The position numbers were made by a program, and so were the translations under genes. The notes beneath the pieces were generated by a model. The model did no database searches and was not told the DNA's origin. It saw only the letters and a list, made by a program, of their open reading frames with translations. Below are positions 62,012-64,000 of a stretch of 64,000 bases of DNA, piece after piece; position 1 is the stretch's first letter; every line of letters begins with the position of its first letter. The stretch is taken from contig NC_086108.1 in NCBI RefSeq assembly GCF_963921235.1, positions 12,648,001-12,712,000 on the forward strand. Direction: 5' to 3'. This stretch comes from Mobula hypostoma. Taxonomy: Eukaryota.

Positions 62012-64000
62012 GGTATAAGAGCAGAATGAGGCATTTGGCCCATCGAGTCAGCTCAGCCATTTCATCACAGCTGATCCATTCTCCCTCACTGCCTTCTTCC
62101 CGTATTCCTTCATGTCCTGACCAATCGAGAATCTATCAACCTCTGCCTTAAATATACCCAGTGACTTGGCCTCCCCAGCTGCCTGTGGAAACAAATTCCA
62201 CAGACTCACCACTCTCTGGCTAAAGAAACTCCTCCTCATCTCTGTTCTAAAAGGATGTCCCTCTATTCTAAGACTGTATCCTCTGGAGTTAGACTCTCCC
62301 ACCATAGGAAACATCCTCCCCACCTCCATTCTATCAAGGCCTTTCACCATTCGATTGCTTTCAATGAGGGCACCCGTCATTCTTCTAAATTCCAGTGAAC
62401 ACAGGCCCAGAGCCGTCAAGCACTGTTCATATGACAAGCCGTTCAAACCTGGAATTATTTTTGTGAACATCTTTTGAACCCTCTCAAGTTTCAGTACATC
62501 CTTTCTAAGATAAGGGGGCCAGAACTGCTCACAATCCTCCAAGTGAGGCCTCACCAGTGCTTTATAGAGTCTCAACATTACATCCTTGCTTTTATATTCT
62601 AGTCCTCTTGAAATGAATGCTAACATCACATTTGCCTTCCTCACCACAGTCTCGCCCTAAAAATCAACCTTTAGGGAATCCTGCACAAGGACTCCCAAGT
62701 CCCTTTAGATCTCAGTTTTTGGTATTTTCTTTCCATTTAGAAAATAGTCAAATCTTTTATTTCTTCTGCCAGAGTGCATGACCATACACTTCCCGACACT
62801 GTCTTCCATCTGTCACTTCTTTGCCCATTCTGCTAATCTGTCTAAATCTTTCTGTAGCCTCTCTGCTTCCTCAAAACTACCTGCCCCTCCTACCTATCTT
62901 CGTATCACCTGGAAACTTTGTAACAAAGCCATCAATTCCATCATCCAACTCATTAAAATAAAACATAAAAAGATCGGTCCCAGCACAGAACCCCATGGAG
63001 CACCACTAGTCACCAGCAACCAATCAGAAAAGGCTCCCTTTATCTCCACTCTGCCTCCTGCCAGTCAGCCACTCTTTTATCCCTGTAATACTGTGGGCCC
63101 ATAGCTTGATAAGCAGCCTCATGTGTGGCACCTTGTCAAGTGCCTTCTGAAAATCCAAACACACGACATGAAACAATTTTCCTTTGTCTGTCGTGCTTGT
63201 TATTTCTTCAAAGAATTCCAACAGATTTGTCAGGCAAGATTTTCCCTTGAGGAAACCATGATGACCACGACCTATTTTATCATGTGCTACCAAGTACCCT
63301 GAAACCACATCCTTAACAATCGACTCTAACTTCTTCTCAACCACTGAGGTCAGACTAACTGACCCATAATTTCCTCTCTTCTGCCTTTCTCTCTTGAAGA
63401 GTGGAGTGACATTTGCAACTTTCCAATCTTCTGGAACCATTCCAGAATTTAGTGATTCTTGAAAGATCATTACTAATGCCTCCATTGTCTCTTCAGCCAT
63501 CTCTTTCAGAACCCTGGAGTGTTCACCATCTGGTCCAGGTGACTTATCTACCTTCAGGTCTTTCAGTTTCCCAAGAACCTTCTCCCTAGTAATAGTAACT
63601 TCACACACTTGATGACCCCTGACACCTGGAACTTCCATCATACTGCTAGTGTCTTCCACAGTAAAGACTGATGCAAAATACTTATTCAATTTGTCCGCCG
63701 TTTCCTTGTCCCCCATTATTACCTCAACAGTATAATTTTCCAGTGGTCTGATATCCACTCCTGGCTCTCTTTTTCATTTTATGTATCTGAAGAAGCTTTT
63801 GGTAGCCTCTTTAATATTATTGGCTAGCTTACTTTCGTATTGCATCTTATTCCATCACCTTCTTAATGACTTTAAGTTGCGTTCTGTTGGTATTTGAAAG
63901 CTTCCTAATCCTCTAACTTCCCACTAATTTTTGCTCTATTTTATGCCCTCCCTTTGACTTTTATGTTGGCTTTGGCTTCTCTTGTTAGCCATGGCTGTGT
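62012..64000 (-). mobile_element. CR1 LINE ORF2, decayed, running off the window
   Basis: LNKYFASVFT, KSPGPDG, LDFQKALDKVPH, KALVRPHLE.C. Confidence 0.92.

Noticed and set aside
59190..64000. ERCC2 exon 3 (GHGVLEMPSGTGKT)
   Set aside because: Not found by eye; the region is filled with repeats, so the exon is presumably beyond the window.

Overview
Repeat-rich vertebrate genomic DNA. The CR1/V-SINE/Penelope repertoire and minisatellite type suggest a cartilaginous fish (inference). Two host genes lie head-to-head. One is a complete 6-exon TRAPPC6-family gene on the - strand (CDS 48797->24017, 157 aa, all GT-AG introns). The other is the first two coding exons of ERCC2/XPD on the + strand (52693-52697, 59090-59189). 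The rest is nested mobile DNA: two Tc1 transposons, CR1 LINEs (one full-length), Penelope-like elements, RTE, L1 and Rex/L2-like fragments, SINEs and several minisatellites. The most notable locus is a full-length RTE retrotransposon in TRAPPC6 intron 5. Its 5' end has a well-formed HDV-like self-cleaving ribozyme fold (26876-27027) with two P1 mismatches. Its 14-bp target-site duplication also encloses ~450 bp of CpG-rich, first-exon/intron-like sequence upstream of the ribozyme, consistent with a 5' transduction that escaped self-cleavage. The Penelope-like copies carry minimal hammerhead ribozymes in various states of decay. All calls were made by eye; no database searches or folding programs were run.
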